Shown piece by piece: positions 10,885 to 24,109 of a DNA stretch of 64,000 nucleotides. Under the pieces are notes generated by a model. That model did not search any database. It was not told where the DNA came from and saw only the letters and a program-made list of their open reading frames with translations. Each line of letters starts with the position of its first letter. The stretch's first letter is position 1. The stretch spans positions 2,480,001 to 2,544,000 of the forward strand of contig NEEC01000004.1 in the NCBI GenBank assembly GCA_002189035.1. The letters run 5' to 3'. This stretch comes from Utricularia gibba. Its lineage: Eukaryota > Plantae > Magnoliophyta. The position numbers and the translations under genes were made by a program.

Positions 10885-13115
10885 TGATTGTTATTCTGCA
10901 AATAAATAGATACCGTCAAAGTAATAAATAAGATCATATCTATAGAGAATTGATTCTTTATATTTTCTTTAAAATAATAACTTAAAAATATCAAAAACAA
11001 AAGAAAAGACTAATTTTAAAAACAATATAAAAATGTTTTGGATTTATGTTTCACCTTGTTAAAACTCACTCATGTGTATATGTGAAAATCTTGATAACTA
11101 ATTTGTTTGTACGAGTTATAGTAGTGTTATTTTAAAAGAGTGTTACTAATTAAAGCGTCATAGCATCATCTATCATTTACTAGAATTATAGAATCAATCA
11201 TGTCACCAGAGTTATTTCACCTCTTATAGTAACTCATATTTTTCTTATACTCAATTCTAATCCCTATATGTCATACTACAATGTTATTTCACCTTCCAGA
11301 TAGATTTGATCAAATATGTCTTACCAACGATGTTAGATGTAAACCTTTTTCTTAGATAATTGATAAAAGAAAAATCTACACACATCGTGATGTGCAAACT
11401 CTTCGATCAAATAAATTTATGACCTAATTCACATCATATCATATGAAAAATATGAGTATAATGAACTAGGGTTAAAAACAAGGAGCTAGACGTTTGTAAT
11501 GTGAAGTTTGATGCATTCAATGCATGTCATGATTAAAAAATTTAGTCTAAGCTAAGAGTAATATAACTTTACGATAAAACTTAGAAATAATAAGCAAATT
11601 CGACTACTAACTAGAATAAGGTAATGCAATGCCTTAAAGCTCTAAAAGTGACATGATCATTACTACACTTAACTACACAGTTTGATAATCAACAATACAA
11701 AGATTCAAGTTTGTTTATAATGAGCATAACTTCTTCCCCCTCCTAAGCCTACCCTGGTTTGATAAGAAAATAGTTTGTTCACTGAGTTACTATAGTCTAA
11801 TAAGCAATAATTATGTACACCCCCTTCTACCTCAAGACATTACGTGTATTTAGCCACTCATACTAAGGGAAAGGAAAACACTTTCATAACCTAGAACCCA
11901 AAACATGTTCATATCATTATGCAACAACAAGAAAAAAGTTAAATAAAGACAGAAGATGATAAACAGTTCACGCTGAAAGCTAAAGCTATTCCTAATTAGA
12001 AATAGTATTCCTAATAAACAAAGAGTTCAAGTGTAGCTAAAATCTTCTTTTTCGTACTCCATGGTTATTCTGCGACTTCCCTTCCAGATCTCACTTCCCA
12101 CATGTTCTTCAATGAGGAGATATTTTCTCTTTCTATTACAAAATCCTTTTCTTCTCTTTCTTGGGATTTGATTGTATTTCTTTCAGCTTTTTTTCCATAT
12201 CCTCTGCAATTTTACTATGCTCTTTTCGGCTCCTAGGGAACTGAGTTGGCCGACAATTGCTGAATTACTCCAAGAAACAATTAAAACTAAGATTGGGACT
12301 AAATCTATATTTAGTTCCAACTAGGAATAAAACACGCAACTGCAGTATTAATAGCAAAAGCATAGAAATTCATGCTAGAACTTGAGTTTTCTGGCAAAAT
12401 ATTACACATTTTCCTACTCCTACATATTCAAAAATATGTGTTATCAGTGCTTGAGACCAATCCAAGATTCTCGCACACTCTCTTAAGATTATGTGTTACT
12501 AAAAAGCACATTGGTAAATAAAAAATCGTAAAAAAACAAATTAAACCTCAAAATAAATGTCCAAAAACATGGTAAAACAGTCATATACGCAAGCAAGGCA
12601 TTCATGTAGATCATTAACTGCAAGCACCTACATGTGCATGTTTGACTCTAACACAAAAATAACATGAAAATATAAAAAAAATAATAAAAAAATGGTCAAA
12701 GACATCTCTGATAGTTGAGAGTCACGTATTTATAGATAATGAGATCTAAATCGTATAACATACTTGCTTGATAGACTTGGATAAAATATTTTTTCCAAAC
12801 CTTTTATTTGAATGTTTAAGGATAATCTTTAAATCTTTATCTTGTCCACGAATCTTTGAACAAAATCTTCATTTTTTGATCGAGTCTTAGCAAAGATTTG
12901 TGTTCCATTAAACCTATAAATTAGTGATTCTTGATTTCTCATCAAATTAATCAAAAAATACGCTAAAAATCTACAAAATATATTTTCATTTCAAAAAATG
13001 ATATGAAAGATATAAAATTCATTTAAAAACATCAAAAAAATGAAATTAAAAATTACAAAACCGACCTAATAGAATCCAAAAAACACCAATATAATTCACA
13101 TAAAATCAAGTATCA
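10885..13115 (-). mobile_element. Old Athila solo LTR (family D) split by a nested family E LTR
   Basis: Both halves align to family D; TGAT/ATCA ends; near-TSD TGAAA/TGAAC. Confidence 0.75.
11361..12446 (-). mobile_element. Athila-type solo LTR (family E), nested
   Basis: TGAT...ATCA ends and inverted homology to 13437-14568. The TSD is decayed (ATAAT/GTGCT; the empty site in other family D copies reads GTGAT or GTGCT). Confidence 0.75.
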
Positions 13116-13436
13116 TGAACTACCAAGTGTCCAATTTGGAAGACAACATTCTCATGTTCGCATCATTTCTTATATAGATAATTACTATTCCATGATTTCA
13201 ACTTCCACTTGTACGACTACAAAAACTATTGATTGAGATGAAATTGTATAATGCAATTTATCAGTTCTAATCTTACGGAAATAATTTTGAAATTTTGAGT
13301 TGGTAGGAATTATCTATTATAGTGTATCCAACATTAGCATAAGTGGCTAGAAATGTTCATACACCCTCAAATTCCATGATTATATTAGAGAATGCTTTTA
13401 GTTTGAGTGAAAAAGTTCTTATTCCAAGAAAGTCAA

Positions 13437-14568
13437 TGATAACACATATTTTTGAGTGTTTAGAAGTAGAAAATTTCTACATTTTTATGACTAACACTGT
13501 AGTTATGTTTTTTATTTCTAGTTGGAACTAAATCTATGATTTAGTCTCAATCTTGTTTCTAATAGTTCATTTGAGTAATGCAGTGATTTTCAACCACTCC
13601 AAATTTTGAGGAGCCGAAAAAGAATAGTGCAATTACAAAAAGTATAGGCAAAAAGTTGGATGAAGTACAAACAAATCCCAAAGAAGGAAAAAATAGGATT
13701 TTAGGAAATGATGGGAGGGAGAAAGAAGGTAGAGGACCATTGAACAATGATAGAGACCTCTGGAAAAAATATCTTCCCATCACAAGAACAGCCAGAAGAG
13801 GGAAGATAACGATTCAGAACAACAAGCTCTCCTTTGAAGATTTTCTTTCGCTGTTGAAGAATACTATTCCTAACTTAGAATAGTTTTAATTTTACTGCGT
13901 GAACCATTTGTCTTTTCTATTTCTGTTATACACTCCTTGTTGTTGTTTAACTTTGAGATCAGAATGCTGCTTAGGATATGTTATCAAAACGTTTTTCTTT
14001 TCCTTATCATGAGTAGCTAAAGTACTTAGGAGTGCCTTGGAACAAAAAGGGGAGGAATGCATTAATCAATCTTTTTACCTTGTTAACTATAAATCGCACA
14101 TCTTCTTTAACAGACCAGGATATATCCAGGAGAGGGAAGAAATGATACTCATGTTATTATTCTAATTAGAGATAGACCAAAGATTAGAGAAAAATAATAG
14201 TTTGGGTAGACCTAAAATTTGTTGTTAGATACATGATTCATGGATAGAGCGAGGCTGGTTTAGTGATAACCATGTGTTTCTCTTAGAGCCCCAAGGCATC
14301 ACCTTGTTTCATTTTAGAAAAGTTCTATCTTTACATGCTACTGTCTCTCTGTATTTTATCGTCGATCTGTCTTAGTCTTAGCTTAGATTAAATCTATCAG
14401 CCATGATATATTCATGCATTGATAATCACATAACAAGCATCTGCTCTTCGTATTCGATCTCAAACACTATGCTCATAATTGAATTATGTTTAAATGTATA
14501 TTAGGTTATAAATTTTATTTGATAATAAAATTTGCAATTTAACCACGTTGCATATTTTTCGTTTATCA
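13437..14568 (+). mobile_element. Athila-type solo LTR (family E)
   Basis: Starts TGATAACACATATTTTTGA and ends TTTTCGTTTATCA; contains ATGAGTAGCTAA. The flanks match only 3/5 (GTCAA/ATCTA). Confidence 0.78.
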
Positions 14569-16529
14569 ATCTAGTTTACCAAGGATTCTCTAGAAGCTTG
14601 CATTCGTTTGAAGGATTGGCATTCAAAGGTAAACTTTTAATTAAAGATGATATTGATGATAATAACTATGACGACTATAATTCTTATTCAGTGTCAATTC
14701 ATGTGTGTGTAAAGTTCAAGAATTGAGTGTCTAAATAAAAAGTAACAATCAACATGAGTTCTTACTCACTTTACAAACTACTTACATGAATTTTTTCATA
14801 ATAACTCACATTAGATTTGGATATCATTGATATCCAACTTTGAATTCGACATAATTGATAAATAGAAGAGAAAGATAGAGAAGAAATGTATTAGCAAAAT
14901 ACAGGAAATTTTTTTAAAAAAGATACTATATTAGAAATAAGATTATATAGAAATATTAAAACTAATATAACTAAATATTAAAATAAACATGTTTAAGTAT
15001 AAATAATAATATAAATAATATTTTTATATTATAAATCTTATACATTAATATATATAATTATAATAATAACTTAAAAATATTACTATAATTAAGTTATTCA
15101 TGAATAAATTAATAAAAGAAATTAATATTGAATTTGTTAAAAAGTAAATTTTAAAATTATGTATTAAACTCAATTATTCAAATAACGATTCAATTTGATT
15201 ATTGTAAATATTTGAAAAATATAGCTTTTAAAAGATAAATTTTTTATATATTTACCATGGTTATTGAGTTTAGAAAAAAAAAATCAGACTATGAAATTAA
15301 ACATAAATTGAATATGTTTTACAAAAAATTAACATAATCCAAGTATATCAAAATATTGTCAAACAAATCAAACTAACAAGTAGCCACTAAGTATTGATAA
15401 TATCTACCAACTTTTTCAGTTGCTTGGTAACAATTTTTTTATAATACGACCCAATGTTGAACCCCTGATTTTTCATTGCCATAAAGTGACTGATTGATTA
15501 AGGTCTTGATATAAGGTTAGTTGTTGTGATGAATTCATTGATTGACCAAGGTTTTCATATTAGAGTAGACGTTGATCCTCTATGCATGAATAGTGTTGGG
15601 AATCTATTGTTTTATTTGTTATTGTTTTGGATATATAAAATGAGTGTTTACATAACTACATATACCATCAATTTACTTAAATACCTGTGTCAAAAAAAGT
15701 TTTTACTAAAATAATTGTTGTTTTAACATTATTATGAAACTAACTGTTAATATTTTTTTTGTAAAAATATCTGATTTTTTTTCATTTTTTACATAAATTA
15801 TTTGTTATGAAAATACCTGTAGTTTAGTGATAAGTGATTTTGTGTCACTTATATTTATGCATTTTAAAACTCTCTTACATGCGTTTTGCATTCTTTTTAT
15901 CCCACTTTCTTTATGTTTTTAGAAGAATTTTATATCTTTTATACCACTTTGATCTTTTTGGAGGGAAAGTGTGTTTTGTGATTTTTCGGGACGAATTTAG
16001 AATAATTTGGAGGATTTTCGAGCTACTTGATGGAGGCTAAGATTTGGTCTATCCAGAGATGAAGACTCGGTCAAAGATTCTCGAATAAGATAAGATTCGC
16101 ATTTTATCTTGGAAAATTTGGATCTCATCCAAGAAGATTTGCATCAAATTCTAGAAGATTCGGATAGAAGATTTGATGTGAGGCCATCAAGGAAGTCCGA
16201 CAAATCCCCACCATTATATAAAGATCCAAACGCGAAGACCTAAACGGGGAGTCGAAGTGGTGGACGACCAGAGAGTCAAATTAGGGTTTAGAGTCGAGTT
16301 TAGCATGTTTTGGATTTCTTCACTTTCGTTTTTCATCCACTTTTATTGTTTAGAGTCAAGCATGCGCGTGTGAGTGTTTACGATTGAGGATTTGCTGTGA
16401 AGCCTTGCTTGCGCAAGTTTTGCGCGTGTGACTGTCTTACTATGTTTTTCAGCATTTAATTTGAGGTTTGATTCTGTTTTTCGCAACTTTTTCTTTACCA
16501 ACGTGATCTTTAGTACCATATAACCCTAA

Positions 16530-18765
16530 GGGCGCGTTTGGTTGCTGGGTTTGGTCTAAACCCAGGTTTAGTTTATTTGGGTTTAGAAAACCGGTTTTGT
16601 GGGTTTAGGTTTAGGAATCGTATTTGGTTGATGGGTTTACATTATTTGGATTTAAATGAACCCACTTTTGGTTGGTGGGTATAAAATTGGGTTTATGCAT
16701 AATTTTCATGGGAATTTACCAATATAGCCTTTCACACTCGTCTACCGCCTTCCACACCGACTTTACCAATCAGACATATCCCTATTTATTACCATTAGTT
16801 TTCCCAATGCGTTCACCAACTTTCACACTCGGTTGTCGCGCTGCTGCCGGTCGACAAGATCTCTTGATTTCACAAGTAATTGAGAGTGAATAGCCATGAG
16901 TTATGTCCATTTGTATACTCCCTTCATTGCGCAGAGTTTGTCGTTCGAAATCCGTTGAATTTTGAGTGAATTTTACGGTTTACTTGTGGTAAGTGTTCGG
17001 TGTAGCACTGGACCCGATATGAACTTCTCGCGGTTGTGGCAGGGGGTATTATTAGCGTTGGTCGGTTGTCAACCGCCCTTCGCATTTAATGCTGGATAAC
17101 TGCAATATTTTATGGCAATTTGTTTTTGGAACTCAAAACACCGTATTATGTTTTCGCGGTGCTGTGGAATGCATAGGGTACCTCAGGCATTATGTTTTTG
17201 TACGCAGCATAGCTCAAGCGTACAAAAGCACCGGAGTTTACGGGTCGCGATGTTCGGTCAAATGATGATTTGCTATACTACCAAATACCCTCACTACTAT
17301 GCATCAGCTTCACACTCATCTAATCTTTAATTTTTATGAGCATCGGATACAGTGAAACACGTGGTGCTGCCCACAATAGTGGTGGCGTACAAGCATCTGT
17401 AGCACCTCAACTGAAAATCGCAGTGTTGGCTCCAATGATCCACCATGTGTTACCATCTTACCACATGGTAACACACGACATTTTTTTATACAATCCCAAC
17501 AACTTGTGCATCAACTACCAAATACTTTGCAATTTCAAGTTCAAGTTGGAGTACAAACGACACGATAGGTTCGGTACAGGAATTAAGGAAAACCATTAGC
17601 ATGACAATGTCTAAAACAGTGCTACACTAGCGGCGCCTATGGGATGACAGCCACTCGGTGTACATCCCCTCGGCTTGCTGGTCACGCACCCTATTCCATG
17701 CCTGATTGCCTCCGGTAGATGTCGTGACATCTTCTAGATCACTCATGTCCCCAGCTTCATCCTGGAAGTCCAATGGGACCTGATCCTCCAAGGGATCGAC
17801 CACCATCTCCTTTCGAATGAGGTTATGAAGTAAAGCACATGCCAATACAATGCGGTTCTGTGTGTCTACGGAATAGTAGCTAGCCGTCCGTAGTATACCC
17901 ACTGCATATTCATCAAGCCCCAAGCTCGTTCGATCACATTTCTGGCTGATGCATGCCGCATGTTGAATAACTCCTTCGCATAAAACACCGTTACATATTT
18001 TCCAACCTTTAAGTTAGAACGATTTTCTAATAGACTACATAAAACACCCAACGCATCTCGGCTGATTCTCAAATTCTCAATGGATGCACTATTCACATCA
18101 CTCACCAACCTACTAATAAACTCAACTTGTCTAGGAATCTTGTGTGTAAGTGAATACTTGCGTCTCAGCCTATATCCCCTACATATTTCCTTGAATGTAA
18201 GTATACTAACACATTCATCTCCACCAAGTATTCAGTCAAAACTGTCGCTGCTGCACTCAAGATGACATGACCCTCCGTGAAAAAATCCATGTTCCCTCAA
18301 CAGTCATCAAAATTGAGCAAAATAGGTGCACTGAAACAGCACCACAGATTCTGAAATTGGAAATTCACAGATAAAAATCCACAAGCACAGTGCTGCCGTG
18401 GTTGGCCCCTCGCGGTGCTACCGTGGACCAACCCACCAAGAACAGAAAGCATACTTACCGAAAGACCCACCCTCTTGCGCTCAAAGAACAGGCGACGCCA
18501 CTGGCAAAGCACGAACGAATTCTGGGTTGTAGACCTGCGTTCAAATGCAGTTCACGCGAGGGCAAAAGTGGAAGTGCCGAGCTGGGTTTAGCTAAACCGA
18601 CCCCCCCCCCCCCCGGGTTTAGCTAAACCCAGCTCCACGGGTTTCCGCCTGGTTTATGGTCAACAGGTGGGTTTATTTTTACCCACCTGAAACCCACAAA
18701 CCAAACGTGGGTTTATGACTAAACCCACACCGCAACCCACCTAAATCCAGCAACCAAACGCGCCC
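16530..18765. mobile_element. Non-autonomous PIF/Harbinger DNA transposon (2236 bp)
   Basis: Perfect 19-bp TIR GGGCGCGTTTGGTTGCTGG and TAA TSD (16527-29, 18766-68). The empty site is visible at ~9042-9058 (ATAACCCGAAGGGAGTG). Confidence 0.95.
17627..18290 (-). pseudogene. Harbinger DDE transposase remnant with internal deletion of the catalytic core
   Basis: The N-terminal LRISRDALGVLCSLL joins directly to the C-terminal KELFNMRHASARNVIERAWG and NRIVLACALLHNLIR. The middle (DGTH and DxGY motifs) is absent and there are frameshifts. Confidence 0.85.
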
Positions 18766-21700
18766 TAAGGGAGTGTGGGAGAATCAAAGGTTGGTCTTAA
18801 GCACCTAAAGAGAAGGGCTCAATCGAACATCATTGGTAAGGCACATTCTGTCTAATCTGTCTGCGAGGTGTGAGGTGTAGGGGTTAGATTTGGGTGTGGG
18901 GAAAATATGGGTTATTACAAGAGGTGAAATGGCTCTGGTAGCATGGTTGATTCCATAATCCCACAAAACAAGGGACGGTGCTATAACGGTCACCGAGTAG
19001 CACTACTTTAGAATAACACCCCCAAAACTTGCGCAAGCAAGTCAGTTCTCAAGGTTTACACACACGTAAGGGTGAGTTTCAAGTAAGGTGGATCTTAGAT
19101 CCAAGGCCACTTTTCTTATTGTCTTCAAAACCAAATCTTTCTTTTATTTTCGGTCTTTTTGAATCTTTGTTTGAAAAGAATATTCCAATAACAATTCCCT
19201 ATGGATACGATCTTATTTTATTACTTCGATGGTTTCTGTACACTTGTAGAATTACCATCATTTAGTAAAATCCATTATTTTACTTTATTTTTCGTTTTCA
19301 AAAATTAGTTCCTTTTTTTCAATTTACATCATAGTTAATTATAATGGGTTATTTTACTAAATATTAAATATATTTTTAATAAATAATTTTTTGTTTCAAA
19401 TATAAATGTATTTATATTTCATAAATCCATAAATTCACTTGTACATTATAGACATTGATTTTATAATTTTAGTAACCTTGGTTAATTAGATATTAGGAAA
19501 AAATAATCATGTACTAAAATAAGAATTAAAAAAATGGAATAAAATTACATTATGTCTCTCCAATAGTGTGGGAGTTGTGTGAAGATGACTGTGTAAGATT
19601 AAAAAAATTATCAAAATACCTACAATTTTTTTATTACACAAATATATATAGTTTCTTATTTTTTATTAGAATATTTATGTTATTTTTATTTCAAATAACA
19701 TAATTATTATTTTTATTATTATTCTTTTTACTTAAGAGTTCTATAATTAAATATTCATGTATTTTTTAAAAAAATTGAAAGATTTTAATCAAAAATAAAT
19801 TTTAAACATTTTCAATTTAATTTTATTAATAAACCTAATTTATTAATACAAATGCATTTAACAAAATATTTTGAAATTTGTAACATATTGGATTAGTTGT
19901 TTATTGGATTTGATAATATTTTAATTTATAAAAGTATGTTGAATATGAATAATTTTTATCATATTAAAATATAATGTTTTAAAAAAATTTAACTTCTTTA
20001 TTCTATTGATATCGGATGAATATAAATATTATAGGATTGAGAAAATCAAATCATTTGTATTAATCTAAATTTATGATTTATATTATAATTCTCTATTTTC
20101 ATTTTTGAATCATTACTTTTTTCCTTATCAATAAAATTAATATATTTCAATATTTTTTTGACAGAAATAATTCACAATATTAGAGATAAACTAATGTATT
20201 TTAATGTACATATATTTAAATAAAATATAAACAACATGTATTACAACAATATATTCAAAACAACAGGTATATTCATAATAATAAAACAAATAACAGTTAG
20301 TTTAATAAATGAAAAAAACAGCAATCATTTTGACAAAAAAACTTACATAGTCATTTCATTCAATTTATGCTACATATAGGTAGATTCATTTTCAAATTTT
20401 CTTTATTTTGCAAATATATTTTTTTACCTCTCCTCTTTGCTGATTTCACGCACTAAATTGTGGCGCATAGAATTTACACTGAATTCTAGTGCTGGAAATT
20501 AAATTTGAACAGTTTTAGACAACTTTGATCTTAACCAAAAGATCAAATGAAATAGTTAACCGAGACTGTACCCACGACAAATAAACTAAAACTTTTCAAG
20601 TTGGTATCTTATAGTGCATCTAGTGGGGTTTTGTGAAATACAAAGCTCGACATATCAACTGCTCTTATGAGCCTCTCCAAGAACAAAGTTTTGTATCTCC
20701 TATCTTTCGACTAGTAAAATACCCTAGCAAAGGCCATAGGAAAATTATAAGAGCAAACAACATATTATTGCATAGAGATAGAGTAAACAATCATAACTTT
20801 ATCTTTGTTTGTCCATATTTGTCATAAATCATTCCGTCTAACATAATCAACTTTTGAGGTGGTTGCACAATAGATGTAGAGGAGCCGTCATAAGCTCACC
20901 TAGTCTCGTAACATATTATGTGAATAGCTTACAATCGTTGTCGCATACTCTGTGCTTTTGAGAAGGTTAACAGCATATATCAAAAGAGTATAATTCAGTG
21001 CCACACACTGATGGGATGCAAACAAGCGATGGTGAATTCACAATTTCTAATTGACTATTGATAGTTTCTTGTGTGGGTATAGTACTTACCACAAAAATAA
21101 TTTAATTAAATATTTAAAAATATTTATATTATAATTACTTGAATTAACCTATGACCCAGGATGGGTGGGTAAATTCAACTCCTAAACTCATAACTAGCAA
21201 GTCATATTTTTACAAACTGATCGGCCAGGTTCAAACTTGGTTTGTGGGAAGATCGGAAATGCGTAGAATATAAATTAAAATCGATACTGAAATTAAATTT
21301 TTTGCAAACTTAAAAACAATTAGGTATTATTTACACTAAAAATCTAAACACATTAGATATATAGTGTCAATTTAATTTAAGGATTAATTATGCCAAATGA
21401 TAAGACAATTGAGACAAACATATTCAATTTTTAAATAATGGAGACCCAATATTTTGGATATCTAACTATTAGAGATAAGAAAATGTCAAAGGCTAATTTT
21501 ACTCAATATAACAACTAATCAAAGTTAACCAATTCAACAAAATTTGAGGATTAAATATCCTTGTTATTAGGGTCATTCATGGTCTGGTGTTCACATTTGT
21601 AAATTTTGAATATCGATTGCCGATATATGTATCAAAAATTGTTGAATATTTAATAGTTCAAATATGGATATTTGCTTTTTAATTTCATCTTTATAATTTT

Positions 21701-22945
21701 TTCAATTTTTTTTATAATATAGCATTTTTGAATATTTTATTTTTTTTATATTAATTAGATTTTGAAATTTCAAATCATTATTTTTTCATCATTTATTTTA
21801 AGTTATTTTTAATTATTATTTTTTTTGAAAAATATATAACTAAATTTAAATAAAATAATATATTAGTTATAATATTAATAAATGTATACATGGGCATTCT
21901 GGTACAGATATGAAATTGGATATATCTATAAATAAGTATTGATCAAATATTCGTAATTGGAATGAAATCAAATTAAAATCATTAGATATCAAATTTTTCA
22001 AAATAATTTAAACACCTCTGCTGAAGTACAATTTTGAAACTAATTTTTTGGAAAAATTCCAAAATACTAATTCAAGTATCAAAGTTGATCAAAAAATGTA
22101 TCTCAAATTTCAAAAGTCAAATAACAATATTTCTAGTTTACTTAATGGATCGTTTCACTACCTCCGTTGAATATCTCTGTCTATATCGTTATATCCGATC
22201 CGAATACCTTAATATTTATTACTCACATACAAGAATGATTCATTGGTACGAATTCATTAAGTTGAGGGTTAACGTTTTTGTAAATTACCATAAAATAATT
22301 GAATATATCTCAATTTTGTCGTTAATGGGCCCGTCTCAAACTCACGACTATAGAAATACAGGTTTTGCATGGTAATGCATACTTGAAGCCCGCTCCATAC
22401 ATTTTGTAGCGATTTCTTTGGGGTTTTATGAAATCAACCGAATTGAAAATTTCTATTAAATTATGTTTTTGCATTTAGTAGACTTATTTATGTATATCAA
22501 GAATTAAGTATGTTTGATAGAATGATAAACATTATATAACTCTTCTAATTATGTTTATCATAACCTTTTTTGTTTTTTAATTAAATAAATTTTAGTTTTT
22601 TGCATCTATAATAAATATATTATCAAAACCATAATATTTTATCAATCCAAATGAACCCATCGAAAGCGTGTGTTTATTTGACAGAATTTTTTGTTATAAA
22701 ATTTGCATGTATTTTAAGTTCAAAAATTAATAATTCAATTTTAGGTTCCATTTTTTACTTTTAAACGTAAATTCAAATGTTGGGTGGGGTTGAGGAGGAA
22801 TAGTCCAAAATCCCCGTGTCCGTGTCGGGTGAGTGGCGTCGCAGCACCGCTGCACTAAAAGACAACGCGCATAGCCAAAGAAAATAATAAGAAAAACACG
22901 CTGCCTTTCTTCTTTTCGTCTGGATTTCTTTTGGTTTGGTTTGCC

Positions 22946-23751
22946 ATGGAGGAGGTGTCTGGTTCTTCTCAGTACCTTCAGAAACTTCTGACGCCGGACC
23001 CCTCGCCGCCGCCACCGCCGTCGGAGAAACCGAGTCAGAGGCGGCCAAGGGTAGACCTCCGGGATCCAAGAACAAGCCCAAACCACCGATTATCGTCACC
23101 AGGGATACACCGAATTCGCTGTCGTCACACGTTTTCGAAATCGCATCAGGAAGCGATATCCTCGACAGCTTATCGGTCTACGCGCGCCGCCTTGGGAGGG
23201 GTGTCTGTGTGCTACGGGGAGGAGGCAAGGTGGCCGACGTCAGGCTACGTCAGCCGGGCGGAGGGGTGGTGTCTCTCCAGGGTCAATTGGAGATTCTGTC
23301 TCTCACCGGCACGGTTCTTCCACCGCCCGCACCCCCGGGCTCTGGCGGTTTATCGATTTTCATGTCCAGCGGGCAGGGGCTTGTAGGAGGAGTCGTGGTG
23401 GGTCCCCTGACGGCGTCCGGTCCGGTTATTCTCATCGCTGCCTCGTTTGCGAATGCCGTTTTCGAGCGGTTGCCGTTGCCTCCGGAGGAAGAGGAAGAAC
23501 AAGACACCTCGGCGGCGGCCACTCAGCCACAGCCAAGCGCTTCTCAATCCTCTGGCGTCACAGCAGGAGGAGGCAGCGCTGGACATGTTAGGGAAGAAGG
23601 CGGCGACGCTACCGGGGGTTCGTTATTCAGTGCCAGTGGCGGCGGGGGTGGTGGTGGCAGCACACCGCCACCTTCCGGAGGGTGTTATCAATACTCCTCC
23701 TCTGACCTTTTCGGTTGGGGAAGTAGCAATTCCTCAAGGCCCCCATTTTGA
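22946..23751 (+). CDS. AHL: Intronless clade-A AT-hook motif nuclear-localized protein (SOB3/ESC-like), frameshifted in this sequence at 23049-23051
   Basis: The ATG 22946 frame reads ...SQRRPR. The other frame continues GRPPGSKNKPKPPIIVTRDTPN, the PPC domain (LSLTGTVLPPPAPPGSGGLSIF; AASFANAVFERLPL) and the typical W...RPPF* end. One extra G would restore RRPRGRPPGSKNK. Confidence 0.9.
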
Positions 23752-24109
23752 TTTTGATACAAAAATGGAATGGGAAATCAGTCAATGAATCTCTGTCCAT
23801 TGCTTTGTTCATTATTCATGTTCATGATTCGGCAGTAGACTCTGTCACTGCATTTTGGCTAAAAGGAGCACGCGAGTCGCGTGGGAAGACGAGACAAGGA
23901 GAATCTATCTCCAATATTCAGCAGCACTTGTGTCCAAAATGCTTCTGGGGGCGATTGACACCCCCCTTTTGGAAAACAAATTCCTTGTCCACAATATTTT
24001 CATGCGACTGCGAGCGAGTGAAGAGATGGATGGGCGTGCGTATTTCTATTTCAGTAGGTGTATCTGTATGTATTGTACGGGTACAGGCTGGTTCGAGGAC
24101 ACAACTTGT

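Larger units (their letters stand above)
15828..19260 (+). mobile_element. Athila solo LTR (family D) carrying a Harbinger insertion
   Basis: TGAT...ATCA ends and a perfect TSD TTTAG. It is colinear with 8391-9539 once 16530-18768 is removed. Confidence 0.93.

Noticed and set aside
20430-21090. Possible degenerate retroelement or gene fragment
   Set aside because: No frame yields a diagnostic motif.
22034-22375. 113-aa ORF in AT-rich DNA, and similar I/F/K/L-rich ORFs throughout intergenic and LTR regions
   Set aside because: The composition is that of AT-rich non-coding sequence with TTG/GTG starts; no motifs.
22727-23812. Several antisense ORFs over the AHL gene
   Set aside because: Shadow ORFs of a GC-rich intronless CDS; no independent coding signal.
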